From NCBI GenBank assembly GCA_051362555.1, contig CM120643.1, positions 27,284,848-27,348,847 on the forward strand: a stretch of DNA of 64,000 nucleotides, read 5' to 3'. Both the position numbers and the translations under genes were made by a program. The notes beneath the pieces are model-generated. The model made no database searches. It saw nothing but the letters and a program-made list of their open reading frames with translations, and was not told the origin of the DNA. Below are positions 1 through 11,847 of the stretch, piece after piece (the stretch's first letter is position 1; each line of letters begins with the position of its first letter). The DNA is from Lingula anatina. Lineage: Eukaryota > Animalia > Brachiopoda.

Positions 1-229
1 GAGTGTCCAATCTTTGGTATACTAGATCTTAGGTAAGACTGACAGAGAATTCAACGAGGCGTCAGGGGTGGTCAAGTGAAATGAAATGGGAATGTGTGTT
101 TTGCGGCGGTGTGTCCGAGGAAGGGTGGACATCGACTTCTTGAAGAAGTGGACATTTTTTTTTAAATAAATAGGGCTAGCGTGCGATTGGAAAAGGTCGT
201 CATGCAGCTACAAGACTGAGTGCATTTTA

Positions 230-635
230 ACCATGCCTCCCCCTCTTCATAGCCATCCCTGGCTGGACCATATCAAACAGTTAGAAGACAGCACGACAGA
301 CTGCCCAGAAGAGCATGGATAAGGCGGCGCTACGAGTAAAGCAGCTTCTGCACGGCGAGGACGTCGATCCGGGGGAGGTTGTGGACTGCGCTATCACGAT
401 AGACGGCTCATGGCAAAGCCGCCGCAATTCTAAACACGGGTTCGTTGCGGCGATATCAGTAGATACGGGGGAAGTTTTGGACGTCCACTACATGAGTTCA
501 GCATGTAGAACGAAACGCCGCATACAACAGCCGAAGAAGTAGATTTCGATCTTTCCCATTTTGAGGAATGCACTAAGAACCACCAGGGCTCGGCGCAGTC
601 GATGGAAGCAGAAGGTGCATCGGTGCTCTACAGCA

Positions 636-687
<52 letters not shown>

Positions 688-2503
688 TCCATTTAGAGTC
701 ATACCGTCTATACAAATAGGTTCATTAGTCATTTAAAATACAAGGATAAAAGCGACCATCTAAGTGTCAATGTAAAAATATTATAAGTACAGTCGTAATA
801 TCAATCGTTAATAAAATGTTCTGTAAAGTTTAATTTTTATATTCAGTCATAACATTTTTGTAGGTCTATGGAGCTGTATAGTCTACGTTATGTACAACCC
901 GTCTGTGGGCGACGGAGACAGCTCTGCATTCCGGCGTGTCCAGCAGGAACAATCCTACGGTTCAGAATTTGAGCTGGTCAAGGAGGAGTGTATTGGACAA
1001 GTGCAGAAACGGATGGGAAGCAGACTCAGGCGGCTCGTAGAGAGAAATAAAGGTATTTTATATTGAAAAACAGGTTCTGCTGTCAAATGTTTATGTTCTT
1101 TATCTGTCACAGTAGCACTGCAATTTAGTACTACACAAAGGCTTTTCTGTAGTACCACTGTATGCACTGTATATACAGAGAAAAAATAAATTTGTTTTGG
1201 GGGGAGAGTGCCAAATAATTTTAATTCACAATTCGCATGACAAATTACGATATTTTTATACTTTGCTAATCTACCGTGGTTAAACTTTTACAGTTTGGTT
1301 TGTCTAATAGCTTCCTCCCTCACTTGAATGATTTCTTTTCAAAATGTTGTAATTATTACTTTCAGGGGTAAAATTGAGTGACGGGAAGGGTCTGGAGGGT
1401 GCAGGGCGTTTAACGCAACAACGCATTGATGCCATGCAAACCTTTTATGGACTGGCCATTAGAAGAAATCAAGGGAATTTGGAGGGCATGGTGAAGGAAA
1501 CTAAGACCATTTCCAGGCACTACACTGATCCACCTGACCATAGTTTCTGTCCAGATGGTAAGACTCCACAGATTTGACTTATTCGATGCGTACATCTCAA
1601 ATCCAAACTTCTTTCAATATTTAAATACCACAGTCCCAATAAATCAACAAATAATGATCTAAACAAAAGAATAAAACTAAGGATGAAAGGGAGCTGCTAT
1701 GGTATTTTTGCACTCCTGGTTAGTTTAATTTAACTTTTTTTAAAATTAAGAAAACATTTGTACCAGTTACATTTAGCAATTGACATAACAAATCTAGATC
1801 ATTAATATGAACACTCGTCAAATGATAAAATTACTCATCACTTACACAAGATAAAAAATAAAAATTTGCCTATATTTACTTGACTTTTAAGTAACTTTTC
1901 GGTTCAATCATTACAGGTGCAGACAGCTGGTGCAAGTATAAAGTGGACCGAGCGTGTGGAACAGACACGTATAAAGAGATAGAAAAACCTTTTCCTCCAG
2001 CTGTGGCGTAAGTCATTCAGCCTCTGATAAACGAACTGTCGGACGTTAGATTGTTGAATGGATGTCTTCGTGGCTTGACACAAAACCAGAACGAGTCCTT
2101 TCATAGCACTGTGTGAGATTTCGTTCCTCAAGACCAGTATCAAACCCCCAGTGCCGTGACACTTGGTTTGTATATGGCCTTGTCCAATTTCAATGACGGT
2201 CAAACGGTTACTAATAAAGTAATTTTCAATCGGGCAGGTTTGGACTTTACAAAAATGGCAAGGGAAGAATTTCAGAAGGCCGATGAAGTACGAATTAAAA
2301 AGTGCGAAACAGTTACATGTAGTGTGAACAAGGAGAATCGACGACATGCCCGCAGACAAAAGCTGAAACAAATGGACGCGTTTAGAAAATGCGAAGAAGA
2401 TGCGTACAAATCTGGTAATTTTCACCAACCCGCAAAGGTTCCCAGATGCAAGACATGCCAAAAACCCAGAAAAGGACATCCGAAAAGACCGTGTGTTATG
2501 TAA
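230..2503 (+). pseudogene. Degenerate intron-containing DDE transposase (Mutator-like transposase domain / Kolobok-type)
   Basis: Joined across GT-AG introns (637-863, 1053-1365, 1558-1916), the fragments give motifs typical of this family: ITIDGSWQSRR..HGFVAAISVDTGEVLD, VGDGDSSAF, KEECIGQVQKRMGSRLR, LSDGKGLEGAGRLT..IDAMQTFYGLAIRRN, HSFCPD|GADSWCKYK, CLRGLTQNQNESFHS and a C-terminal CKTC..GHPKRPC. The frame is broken by stops (TAG 540-542, TGA near 2115) and frameshifts. The left boundary is approximate. Confidence 0.85.
638..686. repeat. (TAA)n microsatellite at the start of transposase intron 1
   Basis: Visible run directly after CAG|GT. Confidence 0.95.
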
Positions 2504-4130
2504 AAAATAAATTATTCTAACATCAATTATTATTATTCTGCATTATATTTACATTTCAATTAATGCCGACAATAAACCTTTGATGGATCATTCTTTCTGC
2601 TCAATTTCATGTGTTTATCAAATTATGCTCAATTTATTAATCACTTTCTTATTCATTTGTTGATGGTCCGATCGGCGTCCTGTAACACGACCGTGTTTTC
2701 GAAACATTTTTCGCTCGGCGAATGTGGACAAGACCGCCTGAGATGCTGCTATTGTGTGCACATCCTAGAGCGCATCCCTAACACTTCCCCCGACGTCAAT
2801 TGACGCGATTGGTTGAGTAGTTACAGCTTACTTGATTGCCTGTCATTCATTCTGGCAGTGCTAGCGGTAACCCCTTGAAGTTACTAACAGGAGGTGAGAT
2901 TGATACAAAAATAAGATTTTCTGACATCCAAAAGCTAATTTCAACCGGCAACAGAGTACCCATCTTCGAGATCGTCAGAACGATAACAGGTAAAGCTGTC
3001 AACGATTTAATTTGCTAATTTGGTCAATTAACCTCCCTGAAAGGGTTTTCGCTCGTTTTCTTCGCTTGCAAGATTGACGAGATAGCGTTATTGGAGCGAG
3101 CTATAACTGCCTACCTGTACACCTTAGGGAGACCAATTTCACCATGCTAATTAAGAAAAGTATGCACTAAAAGTGCTTTTCTAAGAAAATTTGATTGATC
3201 CTCTCCTTTCCAATTTATTGACTTTGAAAGTGAAAATTCCTTAATATTTTGATGTAATTTCACGTTTTTAAAGATAAAAAAAACAATAAGTCTCTAAAGA
3301 AAAATCCCTGACTCTCTTTTGTTGTACTTTGTTCAAGTGTTATAATACTATTAAAAGCATGTTTATAGCTGTCCAGGTGCCTGAGAAAAACAGGTGTTTA
3401 AAAATGGTGTTTGTGTCCCCAAAATCCCAATATTACGTCACACGATGAAGTTGGAGCTGTGTTCCAAGCATAACTAGATGTTTTGAAGATACATTTAATG
3501 AATATGACAGGAATAAAAAAGCTAAGACCTTTATTTTAAGAGAAAGTCTCTAACCTACATTGCCCCCTGAAGTGTTAAAAAGATCATTTTCAGACTGAAA
3601 ACTTAGTGTCCCAGGACAATGACTGAATATCTGAAACTCGAGTACCAAGAACAAATATTAATATTTTATAAAATCTACTGACACAGTAAACCTGTTCTAT
3701 GACAGATGCCCTCAATCACAGTACCGGTACAAAATATTTATATATATATATATCTGTACAGGTTTTTGTTAGGAAAAATTACGTGGAATGTCAACTTACA
3801 AAGCACCATCACATTTTCTAGGGAGGCAAATATTTTAATGATACGGCACCAAATTTCTACAAAATGCACAAAGTAAAGACAATAAATGGATTATAAATAA
3901 AGTCTAGCCGTGTATGTGATAAGTTATACATATGTTTAGTGTTAAAGTGTGAAAATATATTTTTTGTGTCTAAAAAATATTTCAAATTATGAAATATACG
4001 GAACACACTACGTATGGGAAGAATGATTGTCCGTAATAGAGAACGGTGATAATAACACCTGAAATCATTTAAACATCAAATAAATTCTATAATTTGTTTT
4101 GGATTTATGGATTTTGTTTCAGTCTAACAC

Positions 4131-4204
4131 AATTTCCACACTTGCCAGACCGAATTTCCACACTTGTCAGACCGAATTTCCACACTTGCCAGACCGAATT
4201 TCCA
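4131..4204. repeat. 22-bp tandem minisatellite, about 3.4 copies
   Basis: AATTTCCACACTTG(C/T)CAGACCG repeated three times plus a partial copy. Confidence 0.9.
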
Positions 4205-4799
4205 ACATTTTTTACCATAATGTCTGTTCATTTGCTAGTGTAAGACATGGTAAACAATGTAATTATCATTAAGGAGGGAGTCGAAATTACCTGCCTCACC
4301 TGTTTAGCGCACAACATTAAAAGGTGTTAATTACCGAGGAAAGACCGGAGGTACGGCACACCCTATACCGAACAAGTAACACCTGGTCTCTTATCAGGCA
4401 CCGTATCAGTCACCCGACAGTATGCGTGCCAGTTTTACCTGTATACACGGTGTGTACAAGTACATTTACAACATCCAGGGAACCTTTGTATTTTATTTTT
4501 CAAAAAAAAATATTCAGTTATCCCTCAATCAATGCATATAAAAACGTAAAGAATTGATACTACATGTACACATGATAGTTAATGAAATGATATCGCCACA
4601 GCTTGAACAGGGAATTATTTTCTGCTATAATTCCCTGATTTGACCAGTGGTAAATTGATACTATGAGGGAATAATGATTGGGGGGGGGGGGAGGCACAGG
4701 TACCCTGTAATTACGGTGCGGGAAAGTAGTGATCTAAGAGAGCATCGATGTAGGGGAGAAAAGGAATACTCCTACAGGGGTTAGTAGAATGTCAACTAT

Positions 4800-4910
4800 C
4801 CAGCAAACACAGCACGTTATAATAACGTTAGAATAACGTTTATATAGCAATAAAAAAAAACGTTGTGGTAACCTCATGGTAACGTTATAAAACGTTGTGT
4901 GTTTGCTAAG
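4800..4910. mobile_element. Short palindromic MITE-like element
   Basis: CAGCAAACACA...TGTGTTTGCT inverted ends with internal AACGTT repeats. Confidence 0.6.
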
Positions 4911-6109
4911 TACATGTACTACGAGTAGCAGGTGAAACTGGCTTTTTTCAATTATCGGATAAAAAAAGATTATTCGTACCCTAGGCGGTAAATCTAAACT
5001 TGGAATTTCTTTTATTCATAGATTCGTAATTTTTTAAGTTCTTTTTAAAGTACTTAACATTGATAACCCAAAAATGTGATGATTCGTTTCGGCCAAAAAT
5101 GTGATGATTCGTTTCGGCCAGACTAGAGGTGTGTATCATAGAGATTCAGCTTATCCCCCTACAACTTGGCGGAACAACGCCAGCTAGAATGCACTGATAG
5201 ATTGATGTGAAAAAATATAACAAAAGTATAGCGAAACGGGTGAAGAAAGCGGGCTTCTTGACATTCAATTAATGGCAGACGAGACAGTGCTGAGTGTAGT
5301 GCATGTGTCCTAGTGATTTTATGTATGTTTGTGTTAGATTTTTTAGAGGGTCAGTTTTCATCGGCAACAGATCGGACAATAATCAAAAGTGTACGGTTTG
5401 TTTTTATCACCTTACTTAATATCTAAATGATCGAGGCTGGGAAGATCCGGGATGAACATTTCAAATGTTTATCTTTATCTCATTCTTGTTTGGGGAAAGT
5501 TAGAACTCCGAACATTTCGGGCACCATCTGGAAAATACGGCCGCTGTTTGGGTGTGGTGGCCGAATAGAATGAAAAGGGGAGCAGGATGATACCGCAACA
5601 CACATACCTTTCTGAGCATCAGAACACGTATCACTGATTTTTTCTAGCAGCCGATACTATCGTCGTTGTGTATTGCAGAAAGAGTCTTCATTAGAATAAA
5701 ATAGTTTCATAGTCAGAAAACAACGACTGGACCTTGCGTTATTCATTCGACAAACCATATCACCGAGAAGAAGAAAAATAGCGGTGATACATGTAACAAT
5801 TTGTGTACCGCTACTTTGTGTCCAACTTTGAGCTTACTGGTAATTGTTGCTAGAATTCGAAGCACGTCAATTAAGTAAAAAGCGTTAACATATATTACCC
5901 TTAGAAAATATTTGTGCATTAAAAAATAAAATAACGGTGCATTAAAAGACAAATTAATCGGTTTGAATTGCAACTACATATATTTTATTTTAGTTTTCTA
6001 TAATAATTATTAAGAAGAAGAAGAAGAAGAACAAAAACAACAACAGTAGTAGTCTTAATTGCATGTATATAACTGTGTTGGGATTTGGAAGCCTGTCAGT
6101 TAGTAACGG

Positions 6110-6265
6110 TGTGACAGGAATAGAAGTCCTAGAAATTGGAAGTCAGGGACCCATATGATTAACAGAGGTTAGGGTTAGTTGGAGTATTGGGGTTAATATA
6201 TTGGACGAATGTCACCTGTACAAAGTAATAGGAAGCGGACTACGGTTCCTTCCATTCCTGTTACA
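6110..6265. mobile_element. Ginger-like MITE (TGT...ACA), flanks ACGG/CCGG
   Basis: TGTGACAGGAAT ... ATTCCTGTTACA inverted ends; 4-bp flanks ACGG and CCGG; internal GGTTAGGGTTAG. Confidence 0.6.
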
Positions 6266-8692
6266 CCGGGATCGGCTCCACCTAGCCTATTGTTATTCCC
6301 ATAGCCCTCCAGCGCCCCCAAACCATGACCCCATCATCTCGACCTAGTTCTTGACCCTGAAGGGTATTGTGTAACTTCGGCAGGGCTGCACGGTACCTGT
6401 GTCAACACTCGTGCGCTGTTTGTTATATTGATCTTTTCATTGTAACGAATTCTCAGTTCAGCTTTACACACAGAGCGTACAAGGTAGGTACTAGGTAGTT
6501 GTTATCTAACATGAATTTTGCTTCAATTTGATGCGAAAATACCACCTACAGGTAGTCTGACATTGTTCTTGATCTTTTAAATCCTTAATGAAGTTTTTTA
6601 TTTTTAATCTGGCCGGAGGAAAAGCACACATTTGTCTAACTCAGGCACCTGGACAGGTATTTTCACATTTTTTCTGCCCAGCGAAGGCACTGAGCAATCT
6701 AATAGCTGTAAATCAAACGCGATAAATCTACGCTAAAAATGATATTAAATGAGACTACCTGTAAAGGTGTTATAGTTTGGCAAGGGATCGCAGGCCTGTG
6801 GTGAACCTAATGTCAACAGTGCCTTTATTTGATCATCCAGGCGTGTGCATACACTTTCTATAGCAACCCTATGCATATGAATTCCTAAGCCTGCTTGGCT
6901 AGCTGGTCGCGGTCACTCTCTCTTTATCACCTCTACACACCGTGGTAAGGTGTGGGTATTTCTGCCGCTGCCAGGCCTTTGTCTTGAGAAAATAACTTCA
7001 CCATCGTCTTTGAAGAGAGGCAACTCTGCCGTAGAATTAATAAGGAGTCCAGCGTTTCTTAATGTAAGTATTACACCTGTGGATCGACGCTGAGGGAACG
7101 AGGATAGAAGTGATTGCGAAACGAGCCAAACCATAGGCAGTATTTCTTCTATGATATGTAGGAAACAAGTTGCTGTTAATGAGCAAACATTTTACGGTGA
7201 GATGGGGGGTGTGGGGATGGTACATGTATAATCACTACGGGAGGGATGGGAGGGGCAGGTGCGGGCGGGGCTCAGCCCTGGATCCCGCCATTGTGTACAG
7301 GGGGGATTTACATGAGAATAGTAATGATATGTATGGAGTGCCAAACGTCCTCCGTCCTCTCCGTGATCCACTCGGTCTATACGGGATCACACAAGAAAGA
7401 TTATTAAAGAATATTTATTAATCTGAGAACCATGTTTGTTTCTAAATCTTGTGTCTGAGTCGATCTGAGTCGCCTCTAGACTTGGTCAAATAAAAAAGTT
7501 TAATCTTAAAACAAAATGACATCAAGCAAGTGTAGATGTATATTAGACGGAAGAGTCAACAAGTTAAATAAAGCATTGATCTGTTTTTTATGGATATTCG
7601 TCAGTCCAACTATAAACACGACTTACATGTATGAAACTGTTTCCTTGCATAAGGCGCCTCGCAATCAACTGATGTCAAGAAATCAATACGTAATAAAATG
7701 TGAAACGTCACGAAACGTTTTTTAAAATACTTATGATTTGTGCAACTGGACCTTAATTTATAAAGAAGCCGTAGACACCCGAAAAATGCGCGTTTTACTG
7801 CCAAATATTTGCGGCCTTTTTTAACCTAGTAAACAGAAGTGATTTTTGCTGAATCATCCAGTTTATGTAGGTTATGGAAAGGAAAAACGAATAATAATAG
7901 ATACTGTGTAGGAACACTTATCTCGCACCGTGTAACAAAAAAAAAGGATTGTTAATAGATTGACGTAAAGATTAGAATGGATAGTGGAAGAAGCAGAGGA
8001 TCTTCGTGATATATTGTGGTATTGGACCGTGACATGATAAATTTAAAAGTACAGTCTTTAATTGTGATCGTAAAATGAGAATTTAAGAATAAATCTTTTG
8101 TGCACCAAAGGAGTGTACCGGTATGTTTGCCTTGCTCCGTGTATCTGAAATAAACGTTACCATAACTTGGTACAAGTTACATGACCATCTTCTTTAATTT
8201 GACACGCAGAATATTAAAATTGTCAATAGCGACTGGTTGTAAACAGGTTTGGAGGTCGATCAAGTTACAATACGACACATAAAACTCACACTGAGTTCAT
8301 ATGTACCAAGGGTGAACGAATAACATCCAGATGAACCCAGTCAGTGCAGAGAGCGATTTTCAATATTTTGCTGAAAAGGCGTCTTTCTTGATCACACGCG
8401 AAATTTTTGACTCACTGCACACAAGGTTGCAGACACAATAGAGCCGAAAAAGAATGTGTCTTGACGTAGTATCTTGGTGAAAAGAATCATTGCTCAGGGA
8501 ACAAATAGGGACATGTCTACAATGAATACAGGTTATTTAGACCTCCTGCTATATAGTCGTCTAGATGATGACTAAAGGAAAGGTAATAAAGAGACTTCTG
8601 ATAGATGGTCTGGGAATGTTTTAACTCCATAAACTTCATGAAGATTCCCATATCCCTAGCTACCACCCACCCCACCCCCCACCCCCAACGCG

Positions 8693-8732
<40 letters not shown>

Positions 8733-8916
8733 TTTCACATAAAATCGAAAGATATTAATTTCAGGGTACAAAGTATATAAAATCACTCCCCCTCACTCTG
8801 TGTGTCAGCCTGACTTTAACAACAGCTTCTCGTCATACTGTCAAAATACAACGTACATGTACTCCGGGCCGAAGGGAAATGGCTTAGATGACACTTGTGC
8901 GTATTTCCAATACCGG

Positions 8917-9092
8917 TGTTACGAAACTGAGGGTCCGTGTAACAAAAAGTCCGCCCTCAATATACTGTAGTTATAATGGTTAGGGTTAGTCTGACCTACC
9001 GGTAAGTGGGTCAAAATCTAGGACGAGGCTCAACTGTACAAGTGAATGGGGAGTGGACACATCCGTTATAGGTGACTCTTCATCACGTTACA
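8917..9092. mobile_element. Ginger-like MITE (TGT...ACA) with perfect CCGG TSD
   Basis: CCGG|TGTTACG ... CGTTACA|CCGG; internal GGTTAGGGTTAG as in the 6110 copy. Confidence 0.65.
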
Positions 9093-9259
9093 CCGGTTAT
9101 GTGTTTTATTATGAACGTAAAAGGCCAGTCTAATTTGACAGCAATCTAAATAAAAATCTAACATGAACATACAGGGGGTGGGAGAGGTACTAGTATAATG
9201 AATACCAGAATACAATAAAGTAGCTGTTACCTGTCTTTCAACAAGAAGCTACGGCCGGA

Positions 9260-9261
9260 AA

Positions 9262-9320
<59 letters not shown>
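9260..9320. repeat. (AC)n(AG)n compound microsatellite about 65 bp upstream of the ATG
   Basis: Visible. Confidence 0.95.
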
Positions 9321-9324
<4 letters not shown>

Positions 9325-9384
9325 CCAAGCAGCCTTACAGGTAATACTTATACATAAATCTCACCTTTTTTTCATGAACTCAAG

Positions 9385-10456
9385 ATGGCAAAAGTGACCA
9401 AGCAGGGGTCAATGAGTTTGATCATTCTCCTCGTTCTTATTCCCTGGATAAGTGGCTATGGCATGTACCAGGACCGAATTCCCAATGGCAAGAAAATCCC
9501 ACACCCGTGTGACTCCAGTCAGCTGTGGCCGGGGGTGGGTCACCAGAACACCCAAGGAGGCGGCGCTCGCAATCCTTTCGGGCTGGACTTCGCTGCCAAC
9601 GGATACGTAAGCTGCTGTTGTTATTTCTGGAAACTTTAAACATAACTCATTATGTTTATCTAAATTACAGAGAATTGAATACTGAAATAAAATACGTCTG
9701 AAGTAGTCAAAAATATTGCTCAAATATTTCAGAATATTTTTTTTTTCAAATTATCAGAAACATAAAAAGATTAAAGCCATCAAATATCATTACACAAGCG
9801 GGGTCAGGGTATCGTTAAGGGGTAGAATGGAGGCAAAAGGAAAAAATGTACCTGTCAAAGCAGGGGGCTATGTCATTCGGGCTTACCCCCCCCCCCCCCA
9901 GGCACCACCATTGATATACCTGGTATCACCTCACTGTATTGATTGATGCCTCACCTTTAATACTTCGTCTAGAAATGGGACGCTACTCTCTGCCGCAAAG
10001 ACTCAGATGGTGACGGCAGGACCAATGGTGAAGAGCTCGGGGATCCAAACTGTGTGTGGACAGCGGGCGCTGGCACCCAAGACACAACTGCTTTCTCACA
10101 CCCAGGTCAGTCTGACCCAGGAATTAGGCGGGGCAATGATTAGACTTAATCAAAACTTATATTTGTCTGGAGGTTGCAATATTTTCCCAAGCATATTTAC
10201 TAATAAGGAATAAGAGGAATAAATTATTTGCTCGGTACGATGGTGTTGTTGGCGAGGGCGGGAGTCACTCTGTGTTGCTTGAGCAGGAACACCTTGACGC
10301 CCTGGAGCGGCGCGATAAATTAAGAAAATTCTGAGATAGATACTTGATCGAGGTTAGCAATTATTGAAGGTGGGGTTAATAAAAACGCCATGGGAGGACG
10401 CCCATTACAACGGAAGCCCCCTCCCCCATAACTATTATTATTTATTATTATTATTA

Positions 10457-10503
<47 letters not shown>

Positions 10504-11788
10504 TTTGTTGTTGTTGTTGTTGTTGTATTTTAATTTGAAATATATATAATAAAAATTTAATCTATTTCTCAGGTGTGTGCGAGCCGTATAACAGCCCGGA
10601 ATGTATGGGCAGAAACACCTGGGACGTGTGCCAGAAACTGAACTTTGAATGTGACGCCATCAATCAACCAGGTATGTGTGTGTGTGTGTGTGTGTTGCAT
10701 GTAACTCGGTGGGCATTCAGCACGTCGTGCAAAAATAATCGAAAGGAATGTGAGTGTATCTGTATTTCATACCAAAGAGTTGCAATGTTCATTTCCTTCA
10801 GAAGTGTGGTAAGGATCATTCAGATTGTCTGGGGTGTGAAGATGTACAAGAATTACTGAAATAAAAGGATACCTTAAGACTGCAAGGATCGCCGGTCTAA
10901 CAAATCGATGCAGCGATATTTTACTTAAATTCAAAATATAAATATGGATTAATTATGGGCACTTATGGATTATTATATAATTCGATATTGTTAATAATAT
11001 GTCTATAATAACAATAATAATTATTACAGTTACTATAATTTGTATTTTTGTGGAAAGATCTCGTTAAAAAAGTGAACGCACAACAGGGTAAACATGTAAA
11101 ATTAACTAATTCGGGCCTTTTCTGATACCCGGATTAAAATGTTTGTTTCGGTCTTGGAATTCCCGATTGTGATTGCCAGCTCAACTAACACAATTTGCCC
11201 ACGTAGCCTCTGGAGATTGTGTTTGCCAGTTCAACTAACATAATTTCCCCAGGTAGACTCCGGAGATTGTGCATGTTGAATTCTTATTGTAAACATTTAA
11301 AATGTAGGTGTTGGTCATACTGGATAGATAATGATAGTGTTGTGTAAGAGCCGGTGTAGGTGGGAGGCAGGGTTAACCCCCCTGCTCCCCAATATTGTTC
11401 AACTACTTTTACCCAAGGTCGTGGTAGAAGTGGGGCCTTGTCCATCTTGGGCATACATGCATTGTTTTATTTAAAGATAAGCCACTAAAGTTAAAGACGT
11501 CACGTCGCGGGTGATGATCCCGACACCCCACACTTCAAATGTGCTCCCTATACACCAGGTGTGGCAGTGTGCCTATACCAGTAAACTACAGAATTACACA
11601 AAATTAACAAAACATTTGGACCCAACTGTGTTTTTAGACAATCTTCCATTTGAATAATGAAGGGTGCATAGAAAGCATGACAACTATTATAACAAAACCT
11701 TTTCCTGAGTCAAAAGTAACGTTATGTCTTTGTTTTCCTGATTTTGTTATTATTGTCACTGCTATTGTTATTATTATTATTACTATCA

Positions 11789-11847
<59 letters not shown>

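Larger units (their letters stand above)
1..3123 (+). mobile_element. Right part of the DNA transposon carrying the transposase pseudogene
   Basis: Transposase remnant followed by about 600 bp ending in ...CCTGTACACC|TTAG, which resembles a Kolobok-type GG..CC terminus next to a degenerate TTAA. The left end is outside the window, so the TIR cannot be verified. Confidence 0.45.

Noticed and set aside
1904-2479. 191-aa minus-strand ORF
   Set aside because: Antisense shadow of the last transposase exon; no motifs.
3127-3612. Possible TIR pair GGGAGACCAATTT / AAACTTAGTGTCCC
   Set aside because: Too short and mismatched, no TSD.
4131-4204. Short direct repeats superficially like a CRISPR array
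   Set aside because: Head-to-tail 22-mers with no unique spacers, no cas genes, eukaryotic context.
10250-10320. SINE-core-like fragment (GTGTTGCTTGAGCAGGAACAC)
   Set aside because: No clear A/B boxes or cloverleaf; too degenerate to call a SINE or tRNA.
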